From: Desulfomicrobium sp.
GTDB taxonomy: Bacteria; Desulfobacterota; Desulfovibrionia; Desulfovibrionales; Desulfomicrobiaceae
Assembly: GCA_040768745.1 (NCBI GenBank)
Contig: JAXGMI010000001.1
Location: 864,001-928,000, forward strand
Direction of reading: 5' to 3'
DNA length: 64,000 nucleotides
Part shown: piece by piece, positions 29,240-36,982 of the stretch
How the letters are laid out: each line of letters begins with the position of its first letter
How positions within the stretch are numbered: the stretch's first letter is position 1
Notes under the pieces: model-generated
The model's input: only the letters and a program-made list of their open reading frames with translations
Databases searched by the model: none
What the model was told of the DNA's origin: nothing
Translations under genes and position numbers: made by a program

Positions 29240-30424
29240 ATGAGCTTCCGTTTCACCAACCGCATCCAGAATACACCCAATTCCTTCATCCGCGAGATCC
29301 TGAAGGTCACCCAGGACCCGGAGATCATCTCCTTTGCCGGCGGCCTGCCCAACCCCGACCTGTTCCCCATCGCCGCCCTGCAGGACGCGGCCCGGGAGAC
29401 CCTGTCCAAGGCCGGCGCGCGGGCCCTGCAGTATTCCACCACCGAAGGCCACGCCGAACTGCGCGCCTGGATCGCGGCCCGCTACGCCCGCCGGGGCGTA
29501 GAGGTGCATCCTGACCAGGTCCTGGTCACCACAGGCTCCCAGCAGTGCCTGGATCTGCTGGGCAAGATCTTCATCGAGAAAGGCGACGAGATCGTCCTGG
29601 AGCGTCCGAGCTACCTGGGCACCATCCAGGCCTTCACCATGTTCGAACCCAGGTTCGTGACCGTGGACCTGGAGGAGGATGGCCCCAACCTGGACCAGGT
29701 CGAGGCCCTGCTGGCCACGGGCCGGCCGAAACTCTTCTACGCCGTGCCCAATTTCCAGAATCCTTCGGGCCTGACCTACTCCAAGGTCAAACGCGAGGCC
29801 CTGGGCGGGCTGTTGCGCAGACATCCCGGCACGGTCTTCATCGAGGACGACCCCTACGGCGAACTGCGCTTCGCCGGGGAGCACCACCAACCGCTGTTCG
29901 CCCACACGGGCGGCCGCAGCATCATGCTCGGCTCCTTCTCCAAGATCACGGTGCCGGGCTTCCGCCTGGGCTGGATGGTCGCCCCGCCCGAGATCATCCG
30001 CCTGGCCGTCACGGCCAAGCAGGCCGCGGACCTGCACTCCTCCACCTTCAACCAGTTCGTCATCACCGAGTACCTGGCCAGGCACGACATCGACGACCAC
30101 ATCGCCACCATAACGGCGTGTTACGGGTCCCAGGCCCGGGCCATGGTCGCGGCCCTGGAGCGCGAGGCCCCGGCCGGGGTGTCCTTCACCCGGCCCGAGG
30201 GCGGCATGTTCTCCTGGGTGCGCCTGCCTGCGGACAAGGGTTCGTGCATGGACCTCTTCGACATGGCCATCAGGCAGAAGGTGGCCTTCGTGCCGGGCAT
30301 GCCGTTCTACACCGACGGGGGCGGCCATGACACCTTGCGCCTGAACTTCTCCAACGCCTCCGAAGCCATCATCGACCAGGGCGTCACCCGCCTGTGCCGG
30401 TGCATGCAGGATTTCCTCAAATAG
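29240..30424 (+). CDS. PLP-dependent aminotransferase class I/II (2-aminoadipate transaminase/LysN-like)
   Basis: SFIREILK, ISFAGGLP, NFQNPSG, EDDPYGEL and GSFSKITVPGFRLGW motifs; AAGGAG RBS. Confidence 0.9.
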   Translation: MSFRFTNRIQNTPNSFIREILKVTQDPEIISFAGGLPNPDLFPIAALQDAARETLSKAGARALQYSTTEGHAELRAWIAARYARRGVEVHPDQVLVTTGSQQCLDLLGKIFIEKGDEIVLERPSYLGTIQAFTMFEPRFVTVDLEEDGPNLDQVEALLATGRPKLFYAVPNFQNPSGLTYSKVKREALGGLLRRHPGTVFIEDDPYGELRFAGEHHQPLFAHTGGRSIMLGSFSKITVPGFRLGWMVAPPEIIRLAVTAKQAADLHSSTFNQFVITEYLARHDIDDHIATITACYGSQARAMVAALEREAPAGVSFTRPEGGMFSWVRLPADKGSCMDLFDMAIRQKVAFVPGMPFYTDGGGHDTLRLNFSNASEAIIDQGVTRLCRCMQDFLK

Positions 30425-30494
30425 GTCTCCCTCCCGGCCATGGCGGGGCACACCCCATCGCCCCGCCATGCGCCGCCATCGACTCTCCACCCCC

Positions 30495-31508
30495 TCAGCC
30501 GCCGTTCCCGAGGGCGAATCGCTTCAGACATGCCCGGCATGCCGGATCGGGTTCCGCTGTGCCCAGGGCGGCGCGGAAGGTTGCAAAGGGGGCGGACTGC
30601 CACACGGCCAGCGGTTCGTCCGTCAGGCACGAGCCGAAGACCCTCCGGCGCGGGTCGTCCAGGGTGGTGGGCAGGTTGAGGTGGACGCAGGGGGCCATGC
30701 GGCCTTCCGCGTCGATGAACACGCTCCGGCCCGCCCCTTCGAAACAGCGCCCCGTGGGCTCGGGTTCCGGCAGGGAGTGGTGGAAATCGCGGCCCAGGCC
30801 CCGGGCCTGCGCCGCTGCGGCCTCGAGCTCCCGGCGCGCTTGGAGAACCTTTTCCCGTTCATCCGGGGCGAAGCACTCCTCCCGCCACCCCGGGACAAGG
30901 TTGGAGTCCAGGGTGCTGACCACCGTGGCGTGGGCTCCCAGTTCCTCCATCAGTCCGGGCAGGAGAGGGATGTCGCCCACGCGGCTGGCCAGGAGCAGGT
31001 AGGCGATGTGGATTTCCAGATGCACGCCGCACCGCTTCCGCCGCACCTCCTGCAGGAGCCGGATGGACGCCAGGACCTCCTCGAAGGGCGTCCCGGCGCG
31101 CAGGCTGTCGTTGGTGGCGGCGGTGGTCCCGGCCAGGGAGAAGGCCACGACGTCGAGCCCGCTCTCGACCAGCCCCTCGGCTAGGTCGCGGGTCATGTGC
31201 CGTCCCGAGGTGGTGGTGGACACGCTGCAGCCCGCCTGCCGCGCAACGGCGACCATGTCCAGGAAGTCCGGGTGCAGCAGCGGCTCCCCCCATCCCTGCA
31301 GATGGACCCGGCCCGACTCCCGGAACAGGGGCCAGAGCCGAGCGAAGGTTTCGGGCTGCATGAGCCGGGACTTCCAATGCGCCCCGCAGACGGTCCGCGG
31401 GCAGTAGCCGCAGCGGCCCGGACAGACCGAGCTCACCTCGACCTGCACCACGTCCAGGGCCCGCCGGCGGAGTCCGAACGCATCCCGCAGACTCTGCCAG
31501 AAGCCCAC
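30495..31508 (-). CDS. Radical SAM/SPASM-domain protein
   Basis: CPGRCGYC, LQGWGEPLLHP and C-terminal GRC...PC...CRAC cysteines; start uncertain. Confidence 0.85.
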   Translation of the reverse strand: MGFWQSLRDAFGLRRRALDVVQVEVSSVCPGRCGYCPRTVCGAHWKSRLMQPETFARLWPLFRESGRVHLQGWGEPLLHPDFLDMVAVARQAGCSVSTTTSGRHMTRDLAEGLVESGLDVVAFSLAGTTAATNDSLRAGTPFEEVLASIRLLQEVRRKRCGVHLEIHIAYLLLASRVGDIPLLPGLMEELGAHATVVSTLDSNLVPGWREECFAPDEREKVLQARRELEAAAAQARGLGRDFHHSLPEPEPTGRCFEGAGRSVFIDAEGRMAPCVHLNLPTTLDDPRRRVFGSCLTDEPLAVWQSAPFATFRAALGTAEPDPACRACLKRFALGNGG

Positions 31509-31636
31509 AGATCGGATCCGACCTGCTGTCAGGGAGGACCCTCTCACGCATCCCTCCTCACCGGCCACGGCCTCCGCCCTCCCGGATCATCGGAATTGCA
31601 CCGGCTTGCCGGGAAAAACCCGAGTGCAGGGGAAGC

Positions 31637-33031
31637 TCACTGCCCGGTCTTGGGCCGGGGTTTCCGGTTGCGGGCCGCGGGCCTGGGTGCGGATGGCCTT
31701 GGCTTGGCCGGGTCAGCCCCCCTGCCAGCCCCGGACGTTTTGCGTGCGGGCCGCGGCCCGGGGCCGGGGCCTGCTTCGCGTTTTTTTGAGGTTTCCTGAC
31801 CGGCCGTTGCCGCCGTGGCAGACCCCGCGGTCCGCTCCTTGCGGCGCGCCGCGCCCGGGCCCGCAGGACGAGGCCCCGGCCGCAGGGGCTGGGCCCCCTC
31901 CCCTTGGGCCGGGACAAGGGCCCCGCGCACCAGCCGGACCGCCTCCAGGTCGATGCCCAGGTCCTCGGCGTAGCGCCGGGCCAGCCTGGTTTCGCCCTCG
32001 GTCATGAGCGAAAGGACCATCCCTGCGGCCCCGGCCCGGCCCGTGCGCCCGGCCCGGTGCAGGTAGTCCCGGCTCTGGGTCGGCACGTCCAGGTTGACCA
32101 CCAGATCCACCTCGCTGATGTCCAGGCCCCGGGCCGCTATGTCCGAGGCCATCAGGACCGCGGCCTGGCCCTTGCGGAAGGCCTCCAGGGCGGCCTGGCG
32201 GGCGAACTTGTCCCGCGCCCCGTGCAGGTCCGCCACGGACAGCTGATGGAAATGCAGCCGTTCGGCCATGCGTTCCGCGCTGGCCCCGCGATGCACGAAG
32301 ACCAGGGTCCGCCGGGGCTCCAGGCCGCGCACGACCTTGCGCAGCCACTCGATCTTGTCCCGCTCCTCGCAGACCAGGAAGCAGTGCCGGATGGCCGGGC
32401 TGACCCGTTCCTCGGCCACGCGCACGGTTTCCAGGTTTGGGGCCAAACCCCGGGCCACCCGCGTGCTGGCCGGGCCCTCGGTGGCCGAGACAAAGACGAA
32501 GCGGGTCTGCGGCCCCAGGTCCGCGGCGATGCGCCGGACGTGCTCCAGCCCCTCTTCCACCAGCAGCCGGTCGGCCTCGTCCAGGACCAGCCAGCGCACG
32601 TCCCCCAGCCTGAGCTTGCCCAGGCCCATCAGATGCGTCACCCGGCCGGCCGAACCCACCAGGACGTGCGGTTTCTTCTTCAGGCCATCCACCTGCCTGG
32701 CCACGGCCACCCCGCCGATCAGGGGCTGGATCCGGATGTCCAGGCCCGCGTCCCGGCACAGGTCCCGGGCCACGTGCGCAATCTGCATGGCCAGCTCGTG
32801 GGTCGGCGCCAGGACCATGGCCTGCGCCAGCGGGGTCTGCGGGTCGATCCGGGACAGGATCGGCAGCAGGTAGGCCAAGGTCTTGCCCGAACCCGTGCGC
32901 GAGACCAGCATGGCCGATTTCCCGGCCAAGAGCACGGGCAGGCCCGCCTCCTGCACCGGCAGGGGGGTGAGGCCGCGCCCGTCCAGAAGCTGGGCCAGGG
33001 CCGGGTGAATGCCGAGATTCGAGAACGACAT
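31637..33031 (-). CDS. DEAD-box RNA helicase
   Basis: TGSGKT, PTHELA.Q, LDEAD, SAT, ARGLD and HRAGRTGRAG motifs; basic C-terminal tail. Confidence 0.93.
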   Translation of the reverse strand: MSFSNLGIHPALAQLLDGRGLTPLPVQEAGLPVLLAGKSAMLVSRTGSGKTLAYLLPILSRIDPQTPLAQAMVLAPTHELAMQIAHVARDLCRDAGLDIRIQPLIGGVAVARQVDGLKKKPHVLVGSAGRVTHLMGLGKLRLGDVRWLVLDEADRLLVEEGLEHVRRIAADLGPQTRFVFVSATEGPASTRVARGLAPNLETVRVAEERVSPAIRHCFLVCEERDKIEWLRKVVRGLEPRRTLVFVHRGASAERMAERLHFHQLSVADLHGARDKFARQAALEAFRKGQAAVLMASDIAARGLDISEVDLVVNLDVPTQSRDYLHRAGRTGRAGAAGMVLSLMTEGETRLARRYAEDLGIDLEAVRLVRGALVPAQGEGAQPLRPGPRPAGPGAARRKERTAGSATAATAGQETSKKREAGPGPGPRPARKTSGAGRGADPAKPRPSAPRPAARNRKPRPKTGQ

Positions 33032-33098
33032 GGGTTTCCTTGTCCGGTCGGGCCGGCGCTGACAAAGGTGAGAAACGGGGACTGAACGGGCCGGGCGC

Positions 33099-34091
33099 CT
33101 ACCCGGCCGTGGCGTTGCCCCCGGACTTGGGCCCCGGGGAGGGGAAGAGCAGCTCCCGCTGCAGGAATCCGCGCACGCGCAGGTATTCCAGGATGTTGAT
33201 CTCCCCGCGCAGGGCCATTTCCCATCCCGGCCGCTCCACCACGACCATGACCGGGATGCCCTGATACCCCTTCATCTTGAAATAGGCCCGGGCCGTGCGC
33301 ACGGTCTGGCGCAGCTCGTCCGGGACAGGCACCGGCTCGACCTTGTCCAGGCTCTCCAGGCGCAGGATCTCCAGAAAGGGATTCTCGGCCGTGGCGTTGG
33401 AGGTCAGGAACGCGGCCAGGCGGTACATGTCCTCCTCCTTGTTGTCCGTGCAGGCCAGCAGCCATTTCCCGCGCAGCTCCTTGGCGTTGACGGCCAGGTT
33501 GGCCAGGATTTTCGAACAGTGGTCGCAGTGCAGGCTGAAGAAGAGGACGTGCTGGGGCGCGTTGCCCGGCGCGTTCTCGTAGGAGTGAAAGGCCGTGTCC
33601 GCGATGGCCGGGGGGACCACGTTCAGGTCCAGCACGGCGTTGGCCACGAACCCGCCGCACCACACCGCCACGCCCAGAAAGGCGATGGACAGGGAGCGCC
33701 GCCCCCAGGCGAAAAGGCAGGTGCAGACAAAAAGGATGCACCCCACCACGATGCACAGGGCGCATTTCTCCTTCAGGCCCATGAACTGGAAGCCCAGGAT
33801 GGCCCCGTCAAAGGCCAGGGCCCCGAACAGGAGCAGGGTGGCCGCGCCCCAGATCCATTTCCTGTCGTAGCGGCCGCCGAAAAAGACCAGACCCCACAGG
33901 AGCCACAGGAACGTGGCGCCGAGCTTGATCAGGTTCCCCTCGCCGAAGCGCACGTATTCGCCGACCACGTCGCAGGACGAGGTGGTGCAGAAGGAGGTGT
34001 GGCGGATGGCCTGCATCCAGACCTCGGCCGAAAGGAAGGACGCGGCCAGGAACAGGAAGGTCAGCAGGATGTAACGGGGCAGTTTGGACAT
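33099..34091 (-). CDS. VKOR-like membrane oxidoreductase fused to a thioredoxin-like domain
   Basis: Loop cysteines CTTSSC after TM1, membrane CALC, then soluble FFSLHCDHC and GIP (cis-Pro-like) motifs. Confidence 0.7.
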   Translation of the reverse strand: MSKLPRYILLTFLFLAASFLSAEVWMQAIRHTSFCTTSSCDVVGEYVRFGEGNLIKLGATFLWLLWGLVFFGGRYDRKWIWGAATLLLFGALAFDGAILGFQFMGLKEKCALCIVVGCILFVCTCLFAWGRRSLSIAFLGVAVWCGGFVANAVLDLNVVPPAIADTAFHSYENAPGNAPQHVLFFSLHCDHCSKILANLAVNAKELRGKWLLACTDNKEEDMYRLAAFLTSNATAENPFLEILRLESLDKVEPVPVPDELRQTVRTARAYFKMKGYQGIPVMVVVERPGWEMALRGEINILEYLRVRGFLQRELLFPSPGPKSGGNATAG

Positions 34092-34111
34092 GGTCTTCTC
34101 CGGTTATTTCG

Positions 34112-35156
34112 AAAGGGGTCACATCTTCCTGTGACGAAGCTCGATCCCTTTTTTCATCTTCTCCACCCCCTGGGCCACCGCCCCGCCCTGCCCGACCTTG
34201 GCCTTGGCCCGCGCGATGGCGCTGCCCACGGTGCTGTACTTGTCCGTCTTGAAATGCTCGCCGATGGCGCGCAGGGATGCGCCGGTGAGCGTCCTGGCCA
34301 GGTACATGGCCATGTCCCGGGCCTCGTTTACGACCCCCCGCACGGACGTGTCCAGCTCTTCCGCCTCCACTCCGTAGAATTCGCAGACAGCGGCCGTGAC
34401 CGCCTCCAGGGACACGGGCGCGAGCAGGCGGGACTCGGGCACTTCGGGGCTGAGCTTGGAAGCGAAGAAGCGGTCCTTGATGGACTGCACGAATTCCGGA
34501 TTTCCGAGGATCGACGGCAATTTCTTCAGGGAAAACAAGCGTTCGATTGTCTCGTCGACATCCTCGGCCATGAAACGGAGGTATGCTTCCCTGGCCCTGG
34601 CCGGGTCGTCCGCGAACCGCCCCAGCAGAGGTTCCGCGTGCAGCCATTTCCACTCTTTGCCCCGGCGCAGGTAGCCGTGGTGGCTGCTCCACGGATAGTC
34701 CGCCAGGTTCGTGGCCAGGCCGGCCTGCAGCGGGTTGCGGTGGATGTAGCGGAGCAGGCCCGCCAGATACTCCTCCTCGCCGACCAGGATGGCCTTGTAC
34801 CTGCCCCGGAAGAGCTGTCCGTCCACGCCGTGCCGGCGGTTGAACCACTGCGTGTACACCCCGCCCAGATGGCGCATGGCCCGGGCCAGGTTGGCCTCCG
34901 AGGTCTGGAGCAGCAGGTGGTAGTGGCTGGGCATGAGACAGTAGGCCGCCACCCCGACTCTGAACATGGCGGACGTGCCCTGGAGCAGGTCCACGAAGGC
35001 CTTGCAGTCCTCGCTGTCGTGGAAGATCCTTTCCTGCCGGCGGCCGCGGTTGGTGATGAGGTACCAGGCGCCGTCAAATTCGATGCGCAGTGGCCGGGCC
35101 ATGGAAAATTGATTACGTCTCAGGGTTATTTCGTCAAAGGAAGATTTGACCCGTTT
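34112..35156. mobile_element. RAYT/Y1 HUH transposase element bounded by 27-bp inverted hairpin ends
   Basis: Left end 34112-34138 AAAGGGGTCACATCTTCCTGTGACGAA versus reverse complement of right end 35130-35156 AAACGGGTCAAATCTTCCTTTGACGAA (24/27). Confidence 0.75.
34119..35102 (-). CDS. REP-associated tyrosine transposase (RAYT, Y1 HUH) with a C-terminal DnaA-C-like HTH
   Basis: MARPLRI, AYCLMPSHYHLL (HUH), FRGRYKA, RYIHRNP (catalytic Tyr) and YPWSS motifs; C-terminal ARDMAMYLAR...SL..IG..F. Confidence 0.88.
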   Translation of the reverse strand: MARPLRIEFDGAWYLITNRGRRQERIFHDSEDCKAFVDLLQGTSAMFRVGVAAYCLMPSHYHLLLQTSEANLARAMRHLGGVYTQWFNRRHGVDGQLFRGRYKAILVGEEEYLAGLLRYIHRNPLQAGLATNLADYPWSSHHGYLRRGKEWKWLHAEPLLGRFADDPARAREAYLRFMAEDVDETIERLFSLKKLPSILGNPEFVQSIKDRFFASKLSPEVPESRLLAPVSLEAVTAAVCEFYGVEAEELDTSVRGVVNEARDMAMYLARTLTGASLRAIGEHFKTDKYSTVGSAIARAKAKVGQGGAVAQGVEKMKKGIELRHRKM

Positions 35157-35164
35157 TGTCTATC

Positions 35165-35203
35165 AAAAGAAAGCCGGGCTGGTGATCTACACCGAGCCCG
35201 GCA
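35165..35203 (-). terminator. Intrinsic terminator of the pilin gene
   Basis: Minus strand GCCGGGCTCGGTG-TAGAT-CACCAGCCCGGC followed by TTTCTTTT. Confidence 0.7.
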
Positions 35204-35239
35204 AAGGATATTGTTAATAAGATATCATTACAATGAGCT

Positions 35240-35635
35240 CTATGATCCAACAATAGTACAATTTGCAATTGCACCATCCGTCATATTCACATCAAATGTA
35301 TAGTTACTGTACGATTCTTGACCATATACAAATGTCCCATCACTGAATCTCACTGTCCCATTATTTAAAACTTCAAACTTCTTATTCGTATTAGTAAGCT
35401 TTGTTCCTGGAATTTGACAAGTCTCGTTTGTTGTTCCATTTGCAGCAAATTTCGCAGCTGCTTCGTTCATACAGTTTCTCAAATCTGATTCACATGCCGA
35501 TTCAGCAGCATTCTTCTTATACTTCACAAACTGCGGGATGGCGATGGCGGCCAGGATGCCGATGATGGCCACGACGATCAACAATTCAACCAGGGTGAAG
35601 CCTTTTTCGCCTTTTCTCATTCTGAACCGATTCAT
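35240..35635 (-). CDS. pilA: Type IVa major pilin
   Basis: Prepilin leader MNRFRMRKGEKG|FTLVELLIVVAIIGILAAIAIPQF (G-1/F1/E5); GGAGG RBS; own terminator. Confidence 0.92.
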   Translation of the reverse strand: MNRFRMRKGEKGFTLVELLIVVAIIGILAAIAIPQFVKYKKNAAESACESDLRNCMNEAAAKFAANGTTNETCQIPGTKLTNTNKKFEVLNNGTVRFSDGTFVYGQESYSNYTFDVNMTDGAIANCTIVGS

Positions 35636-35686
35636 ACGTCCTCCAAAAAAATGGGTTGATGGTAGTGATGCTCGTGGCGTCCTTCT

Positions 35687-35703
35687 ATCATGAATCGTGC
35701 CAG
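35687..35703 (-). promoter_or_regulatory. Possible sigma-54 promoter of the pilin gene
   Basis: Minus strand CTGGCACG-ATTC-ATGAT: perfect -24 box, imperfect -12 (GA rather than GC); GACA-AATTT-TGTC palindrome at 35767-35779 is a candidate activator site. Confidence 0.5.
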
Positions 35704-35884
35704 AATTGAATTTTCTTTGATTTCGGCTCGTTGAGGGAAAAATGCCGGAATGCGACGATCCGGAACGACAAATTTTGTCAGCGCCGGTCCAATTTTGGAG
35801 GGAAGACCGGCGAATTCTGGCGGGAAATGCGGGGTGGTGCGGAGTGGTAGGGGCAGGTCCCGGACAAACAATCAGGCAAACCAT

Positions 35885-35911
35885 GGATTGCTTCGCTGCG
35901 CTCGCAATGAC
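35885..35911 (-). repeat. Solo REP-like hairpin GTCATTGCGAGCGCAGCGAAGCAATCC
   Basis: ATTGC/GCAAT stem; resembles a widespread proteobacterial palindromic repeat type (translates as VIAS..KQS). Confidence 0.65.
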
Positions 35912-35963
35912 CGAGGCCTGAGCCTGAGCGCTCCGGGACGCCCTGCATATATGTCCTTCGGCT

Positions 35964-36089
35964 GTCCGGCACACAGCCCAGGACAAACGGTAATTCGTTG
36001 ATTCCGTGTGAGGATTCACGGTCCGGCACGCTCACAGCCCAGGGCAAACGGCAGCTCGTTGATTCCGTGTGAGGATTCATGGTCCGGCA
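35964..36089 (+). repeat. Two-copy imperfect tandem repeat (57 and 61 bp)
   Basis: GTCCGGCAC...ACAGCCCAGG(A/G)CAAACGG...TCGTTGATTCCGTGTGAGGATTCA(C/T)G twice, plus a third GTCCGGCA start. Confidence 0.85.
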
Positions 36090-36205
36090 GAAGTCCTCGA
36101 ACGAGGGCCCGGCATGGCCGAAATCCCGCCCAGCCTTGACTTGCCCCCGAGATGCCCTAAATCATAACATCTGTTCTTGAAAAATTGGGTACCCAGACCC
36201 GATCC

Positions 36206-36636
36206 CCCTTCGCCCTGAGCGGCGAAGCGGGTCCAAGGGCTCGAAAGTCGGAAAACGTGGTTCGACAGGCTCACCACGAACGGAGACAGGCTCACCACGA
36301 ACGGACAAGAAATTCACGTGCGGGCAAGAAATTCACGAACGGACTAGAAATGCCCCTCTCCGTTCGCCCTGAGCAGCGAAGCGGTCGAAGGGCTCGAAAG
36401 TCGGAAAACGTGGTTCGACACGCTCACCACGAACGGACAAGAAATTCACGAACGGACTAGAAATTCACGTGCGGACTAGAAATGCCCCTCTCCGTTCGCC
36501 CTGAGCAGCGAAGCGGTCGAAGGGCGGGAAAGTGAAATCCCTGGTTCGACAGGCTCACCACGAACGGGCAAGAAATTCACGTGCGGACTAGAAATGCCCC
36601 TCTCCGTTCGCCCTGAGCAGCGAAGCGGTCGAAGGG
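36206..36636. repeat. Left arm of the A/B inverted hairpin repeat array (4 A, 3 B)
   Basis: A=CCGTTCGCCCTGAGCAGCGAAGCG(G)GTCGAAGGG at 36206 (degenerate), 36360, 36492, 36604; B=TGGTTCGACAGGCTCACCACGAACGG at 36258, 36411, 36542. Confidence 0.95.
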
Positions 36637-36663
36637 CGGGAAAAAATATTCGAGGAAATTTGA

Positions 36664-36960
36664 TTGAGTTTTTACGTCTACATCTTGAAATGCTCCGACG
36701 GCAGCTACTACACCGGACACACGGATGATTTGGAAAAACGCATCAATCAGCATCATCACGGCGAATTTCCTGAATGCTACACATTGAAACGCCGGCCTCT
36801 TGAACTCGTTTTTTCTCAAGTGCATGCAACACGACAAGAGGCCCTTGACTCGGAAAGACAGATCAAAGGTTGGAGCAGAGCCAAAAAGGAAGCTTTGATC
36901 CGTGGAGATTGGGCGGAAATCAGGCGGCTTGCAAAAAATCGCTCTGATCTTTCAAATTGA
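36664..36960 (+). CDS. Small stand-alone GIY-YIG nuclease (UPF0213/YhbQ-like)
   Basis: FYVYILKCSDGSYYTGHTDDLEKRINQH, EAL..ERQIKGWSRAKKEALI; 98 aa; TTG start after GAGG; visibly more AT-rich than host genes. Confidence 0.92.
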   Translation: MSFYVYILKCSDGSYYTGHTDDLEKRINQHHHGEFPECYTLKRRPLELVFSQVHATRQEALDSERQIKGWSRAKKEALIRGDWAEIRRLAKNRSDLSN

Positions 36961-36982
36961 GATGGATTGACACCAGAAAGTG

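Noticed and set aside
35875..35945. c-di-GMP-I riboswitch (GGCAAACC...GGGACGC)
   Set aside because: It lacks the GAAA tetraloop stem and the following AAAGC/P3, and it is on the strand opposite the pilin.
35636..36019. 259-aa N-terminally extended pilin ORF
   Set aside because: The true start is 35635 (GGAGG RBS and a typical short prepilin leader); the extension crosses promoter and repeat DNA.
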